Part shown: piece after piece, positions 1-9,753 of the stretch
Position numbering within the stretch: position 1 is the first letter of the stretch
Layout of the letters: every line of letters starts with the position of its first letter
Source of the DNA: Gemmatimonadota bacterium
GTDB lineage: Bacteria; Latescibacterota; UBA2968; UBA8231
Reading direction: 5' to 3'
Length of the DNA: 64,000 nucleotides
Assembly: GCA_038153405.1 (NCBI GenBank)
Contig: JAYOYH010000005.1
Location: 1 to 64,000 of the forward strand
Position numbers and translations under genes: made by a program
The notes under the pieces: generated by a model
Databases searched by the model: none
Told to the model about the DNA's origin: nothing
The model's input: only the letters and a program-made list of their open reading frames with translations

Positions 1-91
1 CAACTACGGTCATTTTGGCCGTGCGCTGCCCGAGTTTACCTGGGAAAAAACCGACCAAGCATCGGCGTTAAAGCGCAAAGCTAGCGCATAA
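1..91 (+). CDS. metK: S-adenosylmethionine synthetase, C-terminal fragment (gene starts before the window)
   Basis: Frame 2 reads NYGHFGRALPEFTWEKTDQASALKRKASA* (TAA 89-91); YGHFGR...FTWEKTD is the MetK C-terminal signature. Not in the ORF track. Confidence 0.9.
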   Translation, partial: NYGHFGRALPEFTWEKTDQASALKRKASA

Positions 92-136
92 CGCGCTGCA
101 ATATCGAACAGAAACCCGAAAGAATAACGCACATAT

Positions 137-982
137 ATGACAACTCAAACACTTAACACGACCCACCCCAAGCAGGATTTTGGCTCCAATCCCACTGCCA
201 AGCGCGATACCGACAACTACGTACAGGAGTACGTATGGAGTTTTGTCGATAAATGGGACGAGCTAATCGATTGGGATCGACGAGCCGAAGGCGAAGGCGA
301 TTTCTTTATTCGCCAGCTCAAGGAGCGCGGTGCCCTGCGGGTTCTCGACGTAGCAACTGGTACGGGGTTTCACTCCGTTCGCCTACTGCAAGCCGGATTC
401 GAAGTCGTCAGCGCCGATGGCAGTCCGCAGATGCTCTACAAGGCGTTTGAAAATGCGCGCAAACGCGGCTTTGTCATGCGCACGGTACAAGCGGATTGGC
501 GCTATCTAAACCGCGATATTCACGGCGAGTTCGACGCTATTATATGCCTAGGCAACTCGTTTACCCACATGTTTAAGGAGCATGACCGCCGCAAAGCACT
601 GGCTGAGTTTTACGCTATGCTGAGCCACGATGGCATTCTCATCCTCGACCAGCGCAACTACGATCGCATCCTCGATGAGGGCTTTTCCAGCAAGCACACT
701 TACTACTACTGCGGCGACGATATCAGCGCAGAACCCGAGTTCGTCGACGAAGGGTTGGCTCGCTTCCGCTACCAGTTTCCCGACCAGTCCGTTTACCACC
801 TCAATATGTTTCCCCTACGCAAGGAATACACGCGACGCCTAATGCGCGAGGTCGGATTTCAGCGCATCGGCACGTATGGCGACTTTCAGGAGACCCATAA
901 AGAAAAAGAGCCCGACTTCTTTGTTCATATAGCAGAAAAATCCTACGTAGAAGAGATCATCGAAGAGATGGAGGAGCTATAG
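137..982 (+). CDS. gsmt: Glycine/sarcosine N-methyltransferase
   Basis: FVDKWDELIDW, VLDVATGTGFHS (SAM motif I), ICLGNSFTH, LDQRNYD, YYYCG; adjacent to sdmt and BCCT. Confidence 0.92.
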   Translation: MTTQTLNTTHPKQDFGSNPTAKRDTDNYVQEYVWSFVDKWDELIDWDRRAEGEGDFFIRQLKERGALRVLDVATGTGFHSVRLLQAGFEVVSADGSPQMLYKAFENARKRGFVMRTVQADWRYLNRDIHGEFDAIICLGNSFTHMFKEHDRRKALAEFYAMLSHDGILILDQRNYDRILDEGFSSKHTYYYCGDDISAEPEFVDEGLARFRYQFPDQSVYHLNMFPLRKEYTRRLMREVGFQRIGTYGDFQETHKEKEPDFFVHIAEKSYVEEIIEEMEEL

Positions 983-985
983 GCC

Positions 986-1816
986 ATGGTGCATCCATCG
1001 GCAGCCGTTGAAACGGCTCGCACCTACTACGACAGCGCGGATGCCGACACCTTTTATGCACTCATTTGGGGGGGCGAAGATATTCATATAGGGCTGTACG
1101 ATGGGCACGACGATGAAATAGCTGCAGCCAGCCGCCGCACGGTCGAACACATGGCCCGACAGGTAAAACTGAATCCACAGACGCGCCTGCTCGACTTGGG
1201 GTCGGGCTTCGGCGGCGCCGCGCGCTTCCTGGCCGCTACACACGGCATCCACGTGACGGCACTCAATCTGAGCAGCGTCGAAAACGAGCGCCATCGCAGC
1301 CTCAATGAATCGGCGGGGTTAAGCCATTCGATCGAGGTCGTGGACGGCAATTTTGAAGCCATTCCCTGCGAGGCAAATAGTTTTGATGTGGTCTGGTCAC
1401 AGGACGCACTGCTGCACAGCGGCGCACGCGCTAAGGTGATGAGCGAAGTCGACCGCGTACTACGACCCAGAGGCCAGTTTATTTTTACCGATCCCATGCA
1501 GTCGGACGACTGCCCCGATGGCGTGTTGCAGCCCATTCTCGACCGCATACACCTCGACTCACTCGGTTCGCCGAATTTTTACCGCTCCTGTGCGCACAGC
1601 CTAGGATGGAACGAACGCCGTTTTGAAGATCAGACAGTGCAGCTATCCAATCACTACCAGCGCGTGCTTGAAGAGACCATCAGGCTGGAGAGCGTCCTGC
1701 AGCAGCGCGTAAGCTCGGCCTATATAGAGCGCATGAAAAAGGGATTGCAACACTGGGTTGAGGGAGGCCGCGAGCGCTACCTAAGTTGGGGCATATTTCA
1801 CTTCGAGAAAACGTAG
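986..1816 (+). CDS. sdmt: Sarcosine/dimethylglycine N-methyltransferase
   Basis: YYDSADADTFY..IWGGEDIHIG, LDLGSGFGG, VWSQDALLH, FTDPM, LSWGIFHF; SD GGAGGAG at 970-976. Confidence 0.92.
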   Translation: MVHPSAAVETARTYYDSADADTFYALIWGGEDIHIGLYDGHDDEIAAASRRTVEHMARQVKLNPQTRLLDLGSGFGGAARFLAATHGIHVTALNLSSVENERHRSLNESAGLSHSIEVVDGNFEAIPCEANSFDVVWSQDALLHSGARAKVMSEVDRVLRPRGQFIFTDPMQSDDCPDGVLQPILDRIHLDSLGSPNFYRSCAHSLGWNERRFEDQTVQLSNHYQRVLEETIRLESVLQQRVSSAYIERMKKGLQHWVEGGRERYLSWGIFHFEKT

Positions 1817-1842
1817 TGCTACACCAAGACGAGGAATCTCAC

Positions 1843-3360
1843 TTGACCGATCCCGCAAGCAGAGGAAAAAACCTGCACATACACCCCACCGTATTTTGGT
1901 CTTCTGCAGGTATCGTCGCCTTTTTCGTCGCCTTTAGCCTGTTCTACTTAGCCCGAATAACAGAGGTATTCGATGCCGTACAACTGGCGATTACCAGCAG
2001 TATGGGCTGGCTCTTTGTGCTATCGGTTAACATCTACCTAGGCATCGTAGTCTATCTGTTACTGAGTCGCTATGGGCACATCCGGCTGGGCGGAGCCGAT
2101 GCGCGGCCAGAGTTCACCACGTGGGGTTGGTTTTCCATGCTCTTCAGCGCCGGAATGGGCATAGGGCTGATATTCTGGAGCGTTGCCGAACCCATCTACC
2201 ATTTCGCCGCACCGCCGTGGGGAGAAGCAAAAACCGCCGAAGCGGCCGAACTGGCCATGGGCATTACATTTTTCCACTGGGGTCTGCACGCCTGGGCCCT
2301 CTATGCGCTCATGGCGTTGGGCCTGGCCTACTTCTCATACAACCGCGCTTTACCCATGACGATTCGCTCGGTTTTCTACCCCCTATTTGGCGAGCGAATT
2401 CACGGTTCGATTGGTAATATAATCGACATATTGGCCGCCGTAGCTACGCTATTTGGCCTGGCGACCTCGCTTGGTTTGGGTGCCCAGCAAATCAATGCCG
2501 GACTCGATTACCTGCTTTCCATTGGCCAGGGCAACAGCCAACAAATCACACTCATCGCCTTCATCACGCTGATGGCAACAATATCGGTCGTATTGGGCAT
2601 AGACAAAGGTATTAGGCGCCTATCACAGCTCAACGTGATTTTTGCCGTGGCGCTGCTCCTCTTCGTATTTCTTGCCGGCCCGTCACTGCACCTCCTCGAC
2701 GCCTTAGTGCAGAATATTGGTGCCTACCTGTCTAACATAGTCAAACTGGGGCTACAGACAGAGGCCTACGACCAACAGAGCACCTGGCAGCACGGATGGA
2801 CCATCTTCTACTGGGCTTGGTGGATTGCCTGGTCCCCCTTCGTAGGCATTTTTATCGCCCGCATTTCGCGCGGACGCACGATACGGGAGTTCCTGCTCGG
2901 CGTGCTCTTTGTTCCGACCTCCATCACCTTTTTATGGCTTACGGTCTTCGGCAATAGCGCCCTTTTTACCGAGCTGTATGGCGGCGGCGGCCTCGTTGAA
3001 GCCGTAAACGACAACGTGTCCACTGCGCTCTTTGTCCTGTTAGATCGCCTACCATTTGCAGCATTTACCTCGGCACTCAGCGTCGTAGTCATCGCCATTT
3101 TCTTCGTCACCTCGTCCGATTCGGCTTCGCTCGTCGTCGATATCATTACGGCCGGAGGCCACCCAAACCCACCGGTAGTCCAACGCGTTTTTTGGGCCGT
3201 TAGCGAAGGCATAGTAGCCGCCGTGCTGCTTGTTGGTGGTGGTCTTGGAGCCTTGCAGACCGGAGTGATAACTACGGGACTTCCCTTTGCCGTAGTTGTT
3301 TTGTTGGCTGGCTATAGCCTCTTGCGCGGCTTGCGACAAGACGATCAGCATCAGTCCTGA
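1843..3360 (+). CDS. BCCT family transporter, probably glycine betaine
   Basis: SAGMGIG, FFHWGLHAW, Trp box WTIFYWAWWIAWSPFVG, FVTSSDS; likely TTG start at 1843 after GAGGA. Confidence 0.92.
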   Translation: MTDPASRGKNLHIHPTVFWSSAGIVAFFVAFSLFYLARITEVFDAVQLAITSSMGWLFVLSVNIYLGIVVYLLLSRYGHIRLGGADARPEFTTWGWFSMLFSAGMGIGLIFWSVAEPIYHFAAPPWGEAKTAEAAELAMGITFFHWGLHAWALYALMALGLAYFSYNRALPMTIRSVFYPLFGERIHGSIGNIIDILAAVATLFGLATSLGLGAQQINAGLDYLLSIGQGNSQQITLIAFITLMATISVVLGIDKGIRRLSQLNVIFAVALLLFVFLAGPSLHLLDALVQNIGAYLSNIVKLGLQTEAYDQQSTWQHGWTIFYWAWWIAWSPFVGIFIARISRGRTIREFLLGVLFVPTSITFLWLTVFGNSALFTELYGGGGLVEAVNDNVSTALFVLLDRLPFAAFTSALSVVVIAIFFVTSSDSASLVVDIITAGGHPNPPVVQRVFWAVSEGIVAAVLLVGGGLGALQTGVITTGLPFAVVVLLAGYSLLRGLRQDDQHQS

Positions 3361-3459
3361 GCTCCGGCAAATCGCCTCCAGATAGAGCGAGAGGGTCTCG
3401 ACGCCACAGCAGCGAGACCCTCTTTTGCCCGTTCTCCAACCAACAGCTACTGCCAGGTG

Positions 3460-4356
3460 TTATTCGACCACCGCCCAGCGATGTACGCCGCGCGAGGGCG
3501 GTGCAGACAGCGCCGCTTCCCAGCGCCGACACCACTCGTCGTAGTCGCGCAGCACCGAGTCCGGATCTTCCGCGCTGCGCACCGGAAAGTCTGGCTGAAA
3601 AGGACGACCGGTTGGCGTGCCGGTCTTCTGGTAGCGCAGGTCCATGCTCCAGCGAATGGAATTCGAAAAATTGGCCTTTGAGCGATGGGGAATTTCCTTG
3701 TGCATCAGCAGCACATCGCCCTTTTCCATTGGCAAAATAATCCCTTCTTCCTCCGGCATGGCCTCATCGACGATGGTCGTGCCAACCCCTCGCTTGCTCT
3801 GGTGCTGCCACAGGCCGCGACCGTGCGTGCGCGGGATGATCTCCAAACAGCCCTTCTCCACCGTCGCAGAAACCAGCGGCAGCCAAACCGTCAGAATAAA
3901 GTACGGGTCGGCCTCTTCCCAAGTAACGCCGGCGTCCTGATGCCAAGGCACCTCATGGGCATCGCTGCCGCCCGGCGTCAAGCCCACGGGAAGTTTAGGC
4001 CGCACGTGCTGGATTGGGCTGCAGGTGATTTCCGGTCCGATCAACCCTTCGATCAGGTCGAGCAGATTGTCGTTGCCGAGAAATTCAAAGCAGGCGCGCC
4101 CGCGCAGTTGCATGATGTCTAACTCGGGATAGATCTCGCTATTCTCGCTGCAGATACTGGCCAGGCGCCGATCAAAGGGTTGGTCGGCATAGGTATGAGA
4201 AATCTTGCTCTCTGCCAAGAGCTGTTCTGCGCGATGATCTATATAAGCTTCATACTCGGCAATCACCGGATCGAGATCACGATCTCCTAACGCACCTCGG
4301 ACCAGCAAATAGCCTTCTTCGTTAAACTGGGCGATATCTCGATCATTTAATCGCAA
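3460..4356 (-). CDS. Phytanoyl-CoA dioxygenase (PhyH) family Fe(II)/2-OG dioxygenase
   Basis: PWHQD, TVWLPL, GCLEIIP, GDVLLMH..PHRS..R.SMDLRY. Confidence 0.85.
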   Translation of the reverse strand: MRLNDRDIAQFNEEGYLLVRGALGDRDLDPVIAEYEAYIDHRAEQLLAESKISHTYADQPFDRRLASICSENSEIYPELDIMQLRGRACFEFLGNDNLLDLIEGLIGPEITCSPIQHVRPKLPVGLTPGGSDAHEVPWHQDAGVTWEEADPYFILTVWLPLVSATVEKGCLEIIPRTHGRGLWQHQSKRGVGTTIVDEAMPEEEGIILPMEKGDVLLMHKEIPHRSKANFSNSIRWSMDLRYQKTGTPTGRPFQPDFPVRSAEDPDSVLRDYDEWCRRWEAALSAPPSRGVHRWAVVE

Positions 4357-4479
4357 TGTGGCCCCTCCTTTTTGTTAGCAAAAATATGTCGACACCCACG
4401 ACCTGTCCACCTTGCGTGCGCATAATGGGCGAACTACTTTGTCCCCTCAGTTCATCTTTCTATCGCGAGCAAATGGGTC

Positions 4480-5658
4480 ATGAAATTAGGCATCGTTGGC
4501 ACCGGTTCCTTCGCCCAGGGCTTTATTCCCCTGTTTAAAGCTCACCCGTTGGTTGACTGCGTAGTTCTGTGCGACCTCGACGATGAAAAGTTGGCGCAAA
4601 ATGCAGAGCGACATGCCGTTATTGAGACGAGTCCTTCGCTCGAGGACCTCTGCAACACCGACGTTGATGCCGTCGCGCTCTTCACGCAAAACTGGCTGCA
4701 CGCCCCACAGGCCATCGCCGCCCTCGACGCCGGCAAGCACGTTTACTCGGCTGTTCCATCTAGCATATCAATAGAAGAAACGCGCGACCTAGTCGCCGCC
4801 GTTGAGCGCAGCGGGCGCATTTATATGCTCGGTGAAACGAGCTACTACTATCCCGGCGTTATCTACTGTCGCCAGCGTTTCCAAAACGGCGATTTTGGTC
4901 GAATTGTCTACGGCGAAGCCGAATACTTTCACGACTGGGATCACGGTCTCTACGACGTAGCGCGCTGGCGCGGCGGGGCGCAGTGGAAGGATACGGCTGG
5001 GATACCTCCCATGTACTATCCCACCCATTCTACCAGCCAAATCATCTCGGTAACGGGCGCACACATGCTTGGCGTATCGTGTCAGGGATTCAAAGACGAG
5101 CACGAGGACGGCATCTATAGGGCAAATCAGTGGCAGAACCCCTTTAGCAACCAGAGTGCCCTCTTTTCCATGTCGGACGGGTCTTCTTGCCGCATTAGCG
5201 AATTTCGCCGCATAGGCCACCCCGGCTGCGTGCGCTTTTCCCTGTGGGGCACGCAGGGCAGCTTTGAGGACAATGCCGGCGCGAAAGTCTGGCTGACAAA
5301 AGACCGTCAGGCCACGCAGTCTCTCGACGAGAGGCTAGATACCGACCGTCAACCATCGCCGGCACAGGGCAGCATGGGAAAAGTCAACAGCGAAGACGGT
5401 ACCCACCGCGGTGTTTCCAGCGTCCACTCGACCGAGCGACTGCCGGCTTCTTTTATCGGCTTGCCCAACGGCCACGCCGGATCGCACCAATTTCTCGTCG
5501 ACGACTTCGCACGCGCCTGTACCAGCGGGCAGACACCGCCCAACAGCGTTTGGGATGCTGCTCGCTATGTGCTGCCTGGCTTGGTGGCCCATCAATCGGC
5601 CATGCAGGGGGGCGCATTACTCGATATACCCGACCTCGGCTACCCCACCGACCTGTGA
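4480..5658 (+). CDS. Gfo/Idh/MocA family oxidoreductase
   Basis: GIVGTGSFA Rossmann fold, H.PQAIAALDAGKHVYSAVP, YPTHS. Confidence 0.85.
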   Translation: MKLGIVGTGSFAQGFIPLFKAHPLVDCVVLCDLDDEKLAQNAERHAVIETSPSLEDLCNTDVDAVALFTQNWLHAPQAIAALDAGKHVYSAVPSSISIEETRDLVAAVERSGRIYMLGETSYYYPGVIYCRQRFQNGDFGRIVYGEAEYFHDWDHGLYDVARWRGGAQWKDTAGIPPMYYPTHSTSQIISVTGAHMLGVSCQGFKDEHEDGIYRANQWQNPFSNQSALFSMSDGSSCRISEFRRIGHPGCVRFSLWGTQGSFEDNAGAKVWLTKDRQATQSLDERLDTDRQPSPAQGSMGKVNSEDGTHRGVSSVHSTERLPASFIGLPNGHAGSHQFLVDDFARACTSGQTPPNSVWDAARYVLPGLVAHQSAMQGGALLDIPDLGYPTDL

Positions 5659-5666
5659 GAATAGCA

Positions 5667-6902
5667 ATGACAGACCAGCACAATCCCAAAGACAACCGTT
5701 CGCGCACGCATTTGCGGCATATGGAACTGCGCGTCGGTCCCGGCGGCGACATCCAAGGCACCGATGACAAGGCCCTACAGGCCGGCGTCGACTATTTGCA
5801 CCGCCTAGGCGGCGGCAGGCTCCATATTCAACCCGGCCTTTACCGAATGCACAACGCGCTCTACCTGCGGCCGGGCGTGCATATCGTCGGCAGCGGCGCA
5901 GAGACCGTCTTGCAAAAAGAGCCCAGTATATGCAGCACACTAATCTGCGATTCCGACTGGTACGAGTGCCAGATTCGCGTCGCCAATCCCACCGGCTTCA
6001 GCGCAGGATGCGGCATTGCGCTGCGCAGCCAGCACGCCGGCGCCCTGCAGGTCATCAAGGATACGGTCACCGCCGTAGAAGGCGATGTGCTGCACTTGAG
6101 CAGGCGCTTGGAAAAAAACACCTGGCTCTCGGAAGGCGCGACGGCCGCAACCCTCTTCCCCATTTTAACGGCCGAATGGGTCGACGGCATAGTAGTGGAA
6201 AACCTCGTGTTGGACGGCCAGCGCGATGCCAATGAGGAACTCAACGGCAACTACGTCGGCGGCGTCTTTCTCCAGCACTGCGACCGCTACCAGTTCCGCG
6301 ACGTCGTATCGCGCAACTTCAACGGCGACGGCTTCAGCTTTCAGGTCTGCGACGACATACACTTTGAACGCTGCCGCGCTGAGAACAATGCCAACCTTGG
6401 CTTTCATCCCGGCAGCGGCTCACAGCGACCGCGCTTTATCGACTGCCAGGCCACCGGCAACAGCCAGGGCATCTTTTTTTGTTGGGGCGTAACCGACGGC
6501 AGAGCAGAGCGCTGTCTATTGAGCCAGAACAGCGCCTATGGCTGCTCGATCGGCCATCGCGATACCGACAATCTCCTCGTCGACTGCACGTTGGCCAATA
6601 ACGGCCTGCACGGCCTGCTGTTCCGCCAGCCCCTGAGTGAATTTCGCGGCGCCCACCGCAATGCCGCCGAACGCTGCCTGTTTCGCGACAACGGCGCAGC
6701 GGCCGAAGGCATCGCCATCGAGTTTCAAGGCGCTGCCCACGATGTAGTCCTGCGGCACAATCGCTTTGAGGATTCGGGCCGCGGCATCCAGAAAGTCGCC
6801 ATTCGCCTCAGCGGCGAAGCGACCGGCACTTGCATAGAGGGCAACACCTATCTCGACATGGCCAACGAAATCATCCACAAACAGCCCGATGGTGCCCATT
6901 GA
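5667..6902 (+). CDS. Right-handed parallel beta-helix (pectin lyase-like) protein
   Basis: ALQAGVDYL...GGGRL.IQPGLY N-cap and repeated N/G-rich rungs; ATG at 5667; no evident signal peptide. Confidence 0.75.
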   Translation: MTDQHNPKDNRSRTHLRHMELRVGPGGDIQGTDDKALQAGVDYLHRLGGGRLHIQPGLYRMHNALYLRPGVHIVGSGAETVLQKEPSICSTLICDSDWYECQIRVANPTGFSAGCGIALRSQHAGALQVIKDTVTAVEGDVLHLSRRLEKNTWLSEGATAATLFPILTAEWVDGIVVENLVLDGQRDANEELNGNYVGGVFLQHCDRYQFRDVVSRNFNGDGFSFQVCDDIHFERCRAENNANLGFHPGSGSQRPRFIDCQATGNSQGIFFCWGVTDGRAERCLLSQNSAYGCSIGHRDTDNLLVDCTLANNGLHGLLFRQPLSEFRGAHRNAAERCLFRDNGAAAEGIAIEFQGAAHDVVLRHNRFEDSGRGIQKVAIRLSGEATGTCIEGNTYLDMANEIIHKQPDGAH

Positions 6903-8278
6903 CCCACTTTCTACTGCTCGATTTTGGCACCACGTCGACCAAATCGACGCTAGTCGATTTGGACAGCGGAGAATTTACTCGGCCGGAAAGCCATAGCGCA
7001 TTAGAAAACCGCGCAACGCAACCGGGGCGCAGCGAATTCGATCTGAGCGAAGTGCACCAGCGCTTTGAAGCGATTTGCGCGCACTACTACGCTCAGCAGC
7101 CCTTTGTCGGCATTGCCCTGTGCAGCGAGATGCACGGCTTTGCCGTGCTCGATGAGAGCGATCAGCCGCTAACCCACTACATTAGTTGGAAGGACGAGCG
7201 CTCGTTAGAGACGGCAAACGGACCATCGGCTTTTGACGCCGTGCTAGAGGTCATCGGCGATCGCTTCACCGAGCTCACCGGTATGAAGGCACGCCCCGGG
7301 TTTGCGCCGATGAACTTCCTGCATTTGGCGCGCGAAACCGCCCTGCCGCCGACCGTGCGCATCGTCGACCTACCCGGCTGGCTGTGTCGGGCCAGCGGTC
7401 ATCCCACCGGCTATGCCCATCCCACCATGCTGGCTGGTCTGGCTCTTTACGACGTGCAGCGCGGCACCGTCGCCGAAGAGCTAGTCGAGGCGGTACGGCG
7501 ACTCAGCGGTTTGCGCGTGCTGCTCGATGCCCCTGCAGCCACTGGTCAAATCGCCGGCTATTGGGATGCCGGCGCAGGGCGCGTGCCGATATACGTCGGC
7601 ATTGGTGACCACCAGTGTTCGCTGCTGGGTGCGGGGTTGGTCTCTGACGATAGCCTCTCCATCAATTTGGGCACCGGCGCACAGGTATCGACCCTCTACT
7701 GTCCCTCGCCACCCGCCGAAGCGGAGACCCGGCCCTATTTCTCCGATCGCACGCTCACAACCATCACCCATATTCCCGGTGGCCGTGCCCTGGCCGAATA
7801 CATCGGTTTTCTCGGCGAGGTCGGCGGTGCGACAACCGATTTCTGGCAACTACTCGCCGAGTGCCGCGTCCAACAGGTTCGGGCGAGTACGCTGCAGTTT
7901 GGCCTGGGACTGTTTACCAGCGCACGCGCCTACGACGGCGGTGGCTACATACGCGGTATTGGCGAAGGCGAGCTTACTCTACACAACTACCTCTGCTCGC
8001 TGCTCAAGGCATTTGTCGAACAATACGTCGATGTGCTTCGCCTCTTTGACCCGTCTCGACAGATGCAACACGTCCTGCTCAGCGGTGGCATTGCGCGCCG
8101 TCTTCCCGCCGTTCAGGCGCTCGTGCAGACCGAGTCGGGCTATCCGACGCAAGGTGCGACCCCACTCGACGAGTCGCTACTCGGCCTGCGCGCCGTCGCC
8201 CTTTCAGCGCACCAGCAGACCGATGTGTTTAAAGCACAGTCGATCTGGGGGCGAACCTACCGTGCGCCAGATCAATAG
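6899..8278 (+). CDS. FGGY family carbohydrate kinase (sedoheptulokinase-like)
   Basis: LLLDFGTTSTK, SEMHG, ISWKDER, GDHQCS, INLGTGAQ, LSGG; TTG start overlaps upstream TGA. Confidence 0.82.
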   Translation: MTHFLLLDFGTTSTKSTLVDLDSGEFTRPESHSALENRATQPGRSEFDLSEVHQRFEAICAHYYAQQPFVGIALCSEMHGFAVLDESDQPLTHYISWKDERSLETANGPSAFDAVLEVIGDRFTELTGMKARPGFAPMNFLHLARETALPPTVRIVDLPGWLCRASGHPTGYAHPTMLAGLALYDVQRGTVAEELVEAVRRLSGLRVLLDAPAATGQIAGYWDAGAGRVPIYVGIGDHQCSLLGAGLVSDDSLSINLGTGAQVSTLYCPSPPAEAETRPYFSDRTLTTITHIPGGRALAEYIGFLGEVGGATTDFWQLLAECRVQQVRASTLQFGLGLFTSARAYDGGGYIRGIGEGELTLHNYLCSLLKAFVEQYVDVLRLFDPSRQMQHVLLSGGIARRLPAVQALVQTESGYPTQGATPLDESLLGLRAVALSAHQQTDVFKAQSIWGRTYRAPDQ

Positions 8279-8371
8279 GCGCATGCCCCGCGGCACAGTG
8301 CGTCGATCCACCCAGTGCGCGGGACCACACTGAGAGAAGCGTGCGCAGATAAGGGAACGAAGCCCTGCGGA

Positions 8372-9721
8372 ATGGAACGAGTTGAAGAATCGGCATTAGG
8401 CCATCAAATAGAGCAGCAGTGCGACGATCCACTCGCACTAGAAGTGCTCTATCGTCACGCGAGAGAGAGCGGCGCCGAGGCGCTGTTCCGGGAGCGCATT
8501 GCCGAATGCGCCCGGCTCAAACCCGACAGCGTTCTTCTGAGAGCCTGGGCTTATCGCTTATACATAGCGCTCGACGGCACTTCGCAAAATGCCGACCAGG
8601 GACGCAGGCGGCGCTGGCCGACCGCCCTTGCGCTGAGCGCACTGCAGGGCGCGTGCTTTATAGGGCTGGCCGATGGGCGACCGCCCGTGCCCGTACCCGG
8701 CACTTCGACAGCGGCCTTTTGGTTGGGCTGGGCGCCGCTGACGGCGATGAGCGTACTCGTCTATTTGGCGCTCTTCGACGCGCGCGCCGCTGGTCGGACG
8801 ATCTACGCATTCGCCCTCTTCTCTCTGCTCGCACTAACGGCGACCATGGCCTTGCTTTGCGCAGCCCGCCTGGACGACGTCGCGGCGCTGGTCGCCATCC
8901 ACTTGCCCTTTGTCTGCTGGTGCCTCGTCGGCGGCGTGCTCATCTGGCGCACCGATGGCCCGGCCGAACGAGGCTACGCCTTTGTCCTCAAGTCGCTATC
9001 GACGGTGCTATCTGCCGGCATTTACCTGGCTGCGGGCCTCGTCTTCAGCGGGCTGAGCTATGGCATCTTTGCCGCCCTCGGCATCGACTTGCCCGAAGCG
9101 CTTATGGTGCGACTCGCCGCATGGGGACTGGGCGCCGTTCCCCTAATCGCCCTTGCCAGCACCTGCGATCCGGCCCGCCCTCTTGCCCTCGAAGATGAGC
9201 GCGCGAGTTTTGCCCACCTGCTGCACACACTCGGCATACTGCTCATGCCGCTATCGCTCGCCGTTCTCGCCATTTACCTCATCGGCTTCGTACCGCAGCA
9301 CTTCCGCCAGCCGTTTTACGCGCGCGAAGTGCTAGCGGTCTTCAACGGTGCACTATTTGCCCTGCTGCTGCTGCTCGCCCTCGTCGCGTCGCGCCCCATG
9401 TCGACGCACTGGGACAGCGCCGCGCGCTACGCTTCGGTCAGCCTGATGGTCCTCGCCCTTGCCCTTAACACCTACGCCCTAATGGCCATTGGCTATCGAA
9501 TAGTTGAATGGGGGCTGACGCCGAACAGACTAGCCGTGATTGGTTGGAATGGGATCACGCTGGCAATCGTCGCAAGCGCACTGTGGAACCAGTGGAAAAC
9601 GCGCGCAACCTGGTGGATACCCCCGCTGCGGCGCTCCCTGGCACAAGGCCTACTGTGGGCTGGACCATGGGCAATAGGCCTGTGCTATATCCTATCGCTC
9701 CGCTTTATAGAAGGACATTAG
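8372..9721 (+). CDS. Polytopic membrane protein (DUF4153-like)
   Basis: About 11-12 hydrophobic segments; DPLALEVLYR N-terminal and GLTPNRLAVIGWN C-terminal motifs. Confidence 0.6.
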   Translation: MERVEESALGHQIEQQCDDPLALEVLYRHARESGAEALFRERIAECARLKPDSVLLRAWAYRLYIALDGTSQNADQGRRRRWPTALALSALQGACFIGLADGRPPVPVPGTSTAAFWLGWAPLTAMSVLVYLALFDARAAGRTIYAFALFSLLALTATMALLCAARLDDVAALVAIHLPFVCWCLVGGVLIWRTDGPAERGYAFVLKSLSTVLSAGIYLAAGLVFSGLSYGIFAALGIDLPEALMVRLAAWGLGAVPLIALASTCDPARPLALEDERASFAHLLHTLGILLMPLSLAVLAIYLIGFVPQHFRQPFYAREVLAVFNGALFALLLLLALVASRPMSTHWDSAARYASVSLMVLALALNTYALMAIGYRIVEWGLTPNRLAVIGWNGITLAIVASALWNQWKTRATWWIPPLRRSLAQGLLWAGPWAIGLCYILSLRFIEGH

Positions 9722-9753
9722 TCAACGTAGAATCTACCCGTGCAGGCGCGCGA

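Noticed and set aside
980..982. Pyrrolysine recoding of the TAG between gsmt and sdmt
   Set aside because: No pyl genes in the window; sdmt has its own SD; these enzymes are not known to use Pyl.
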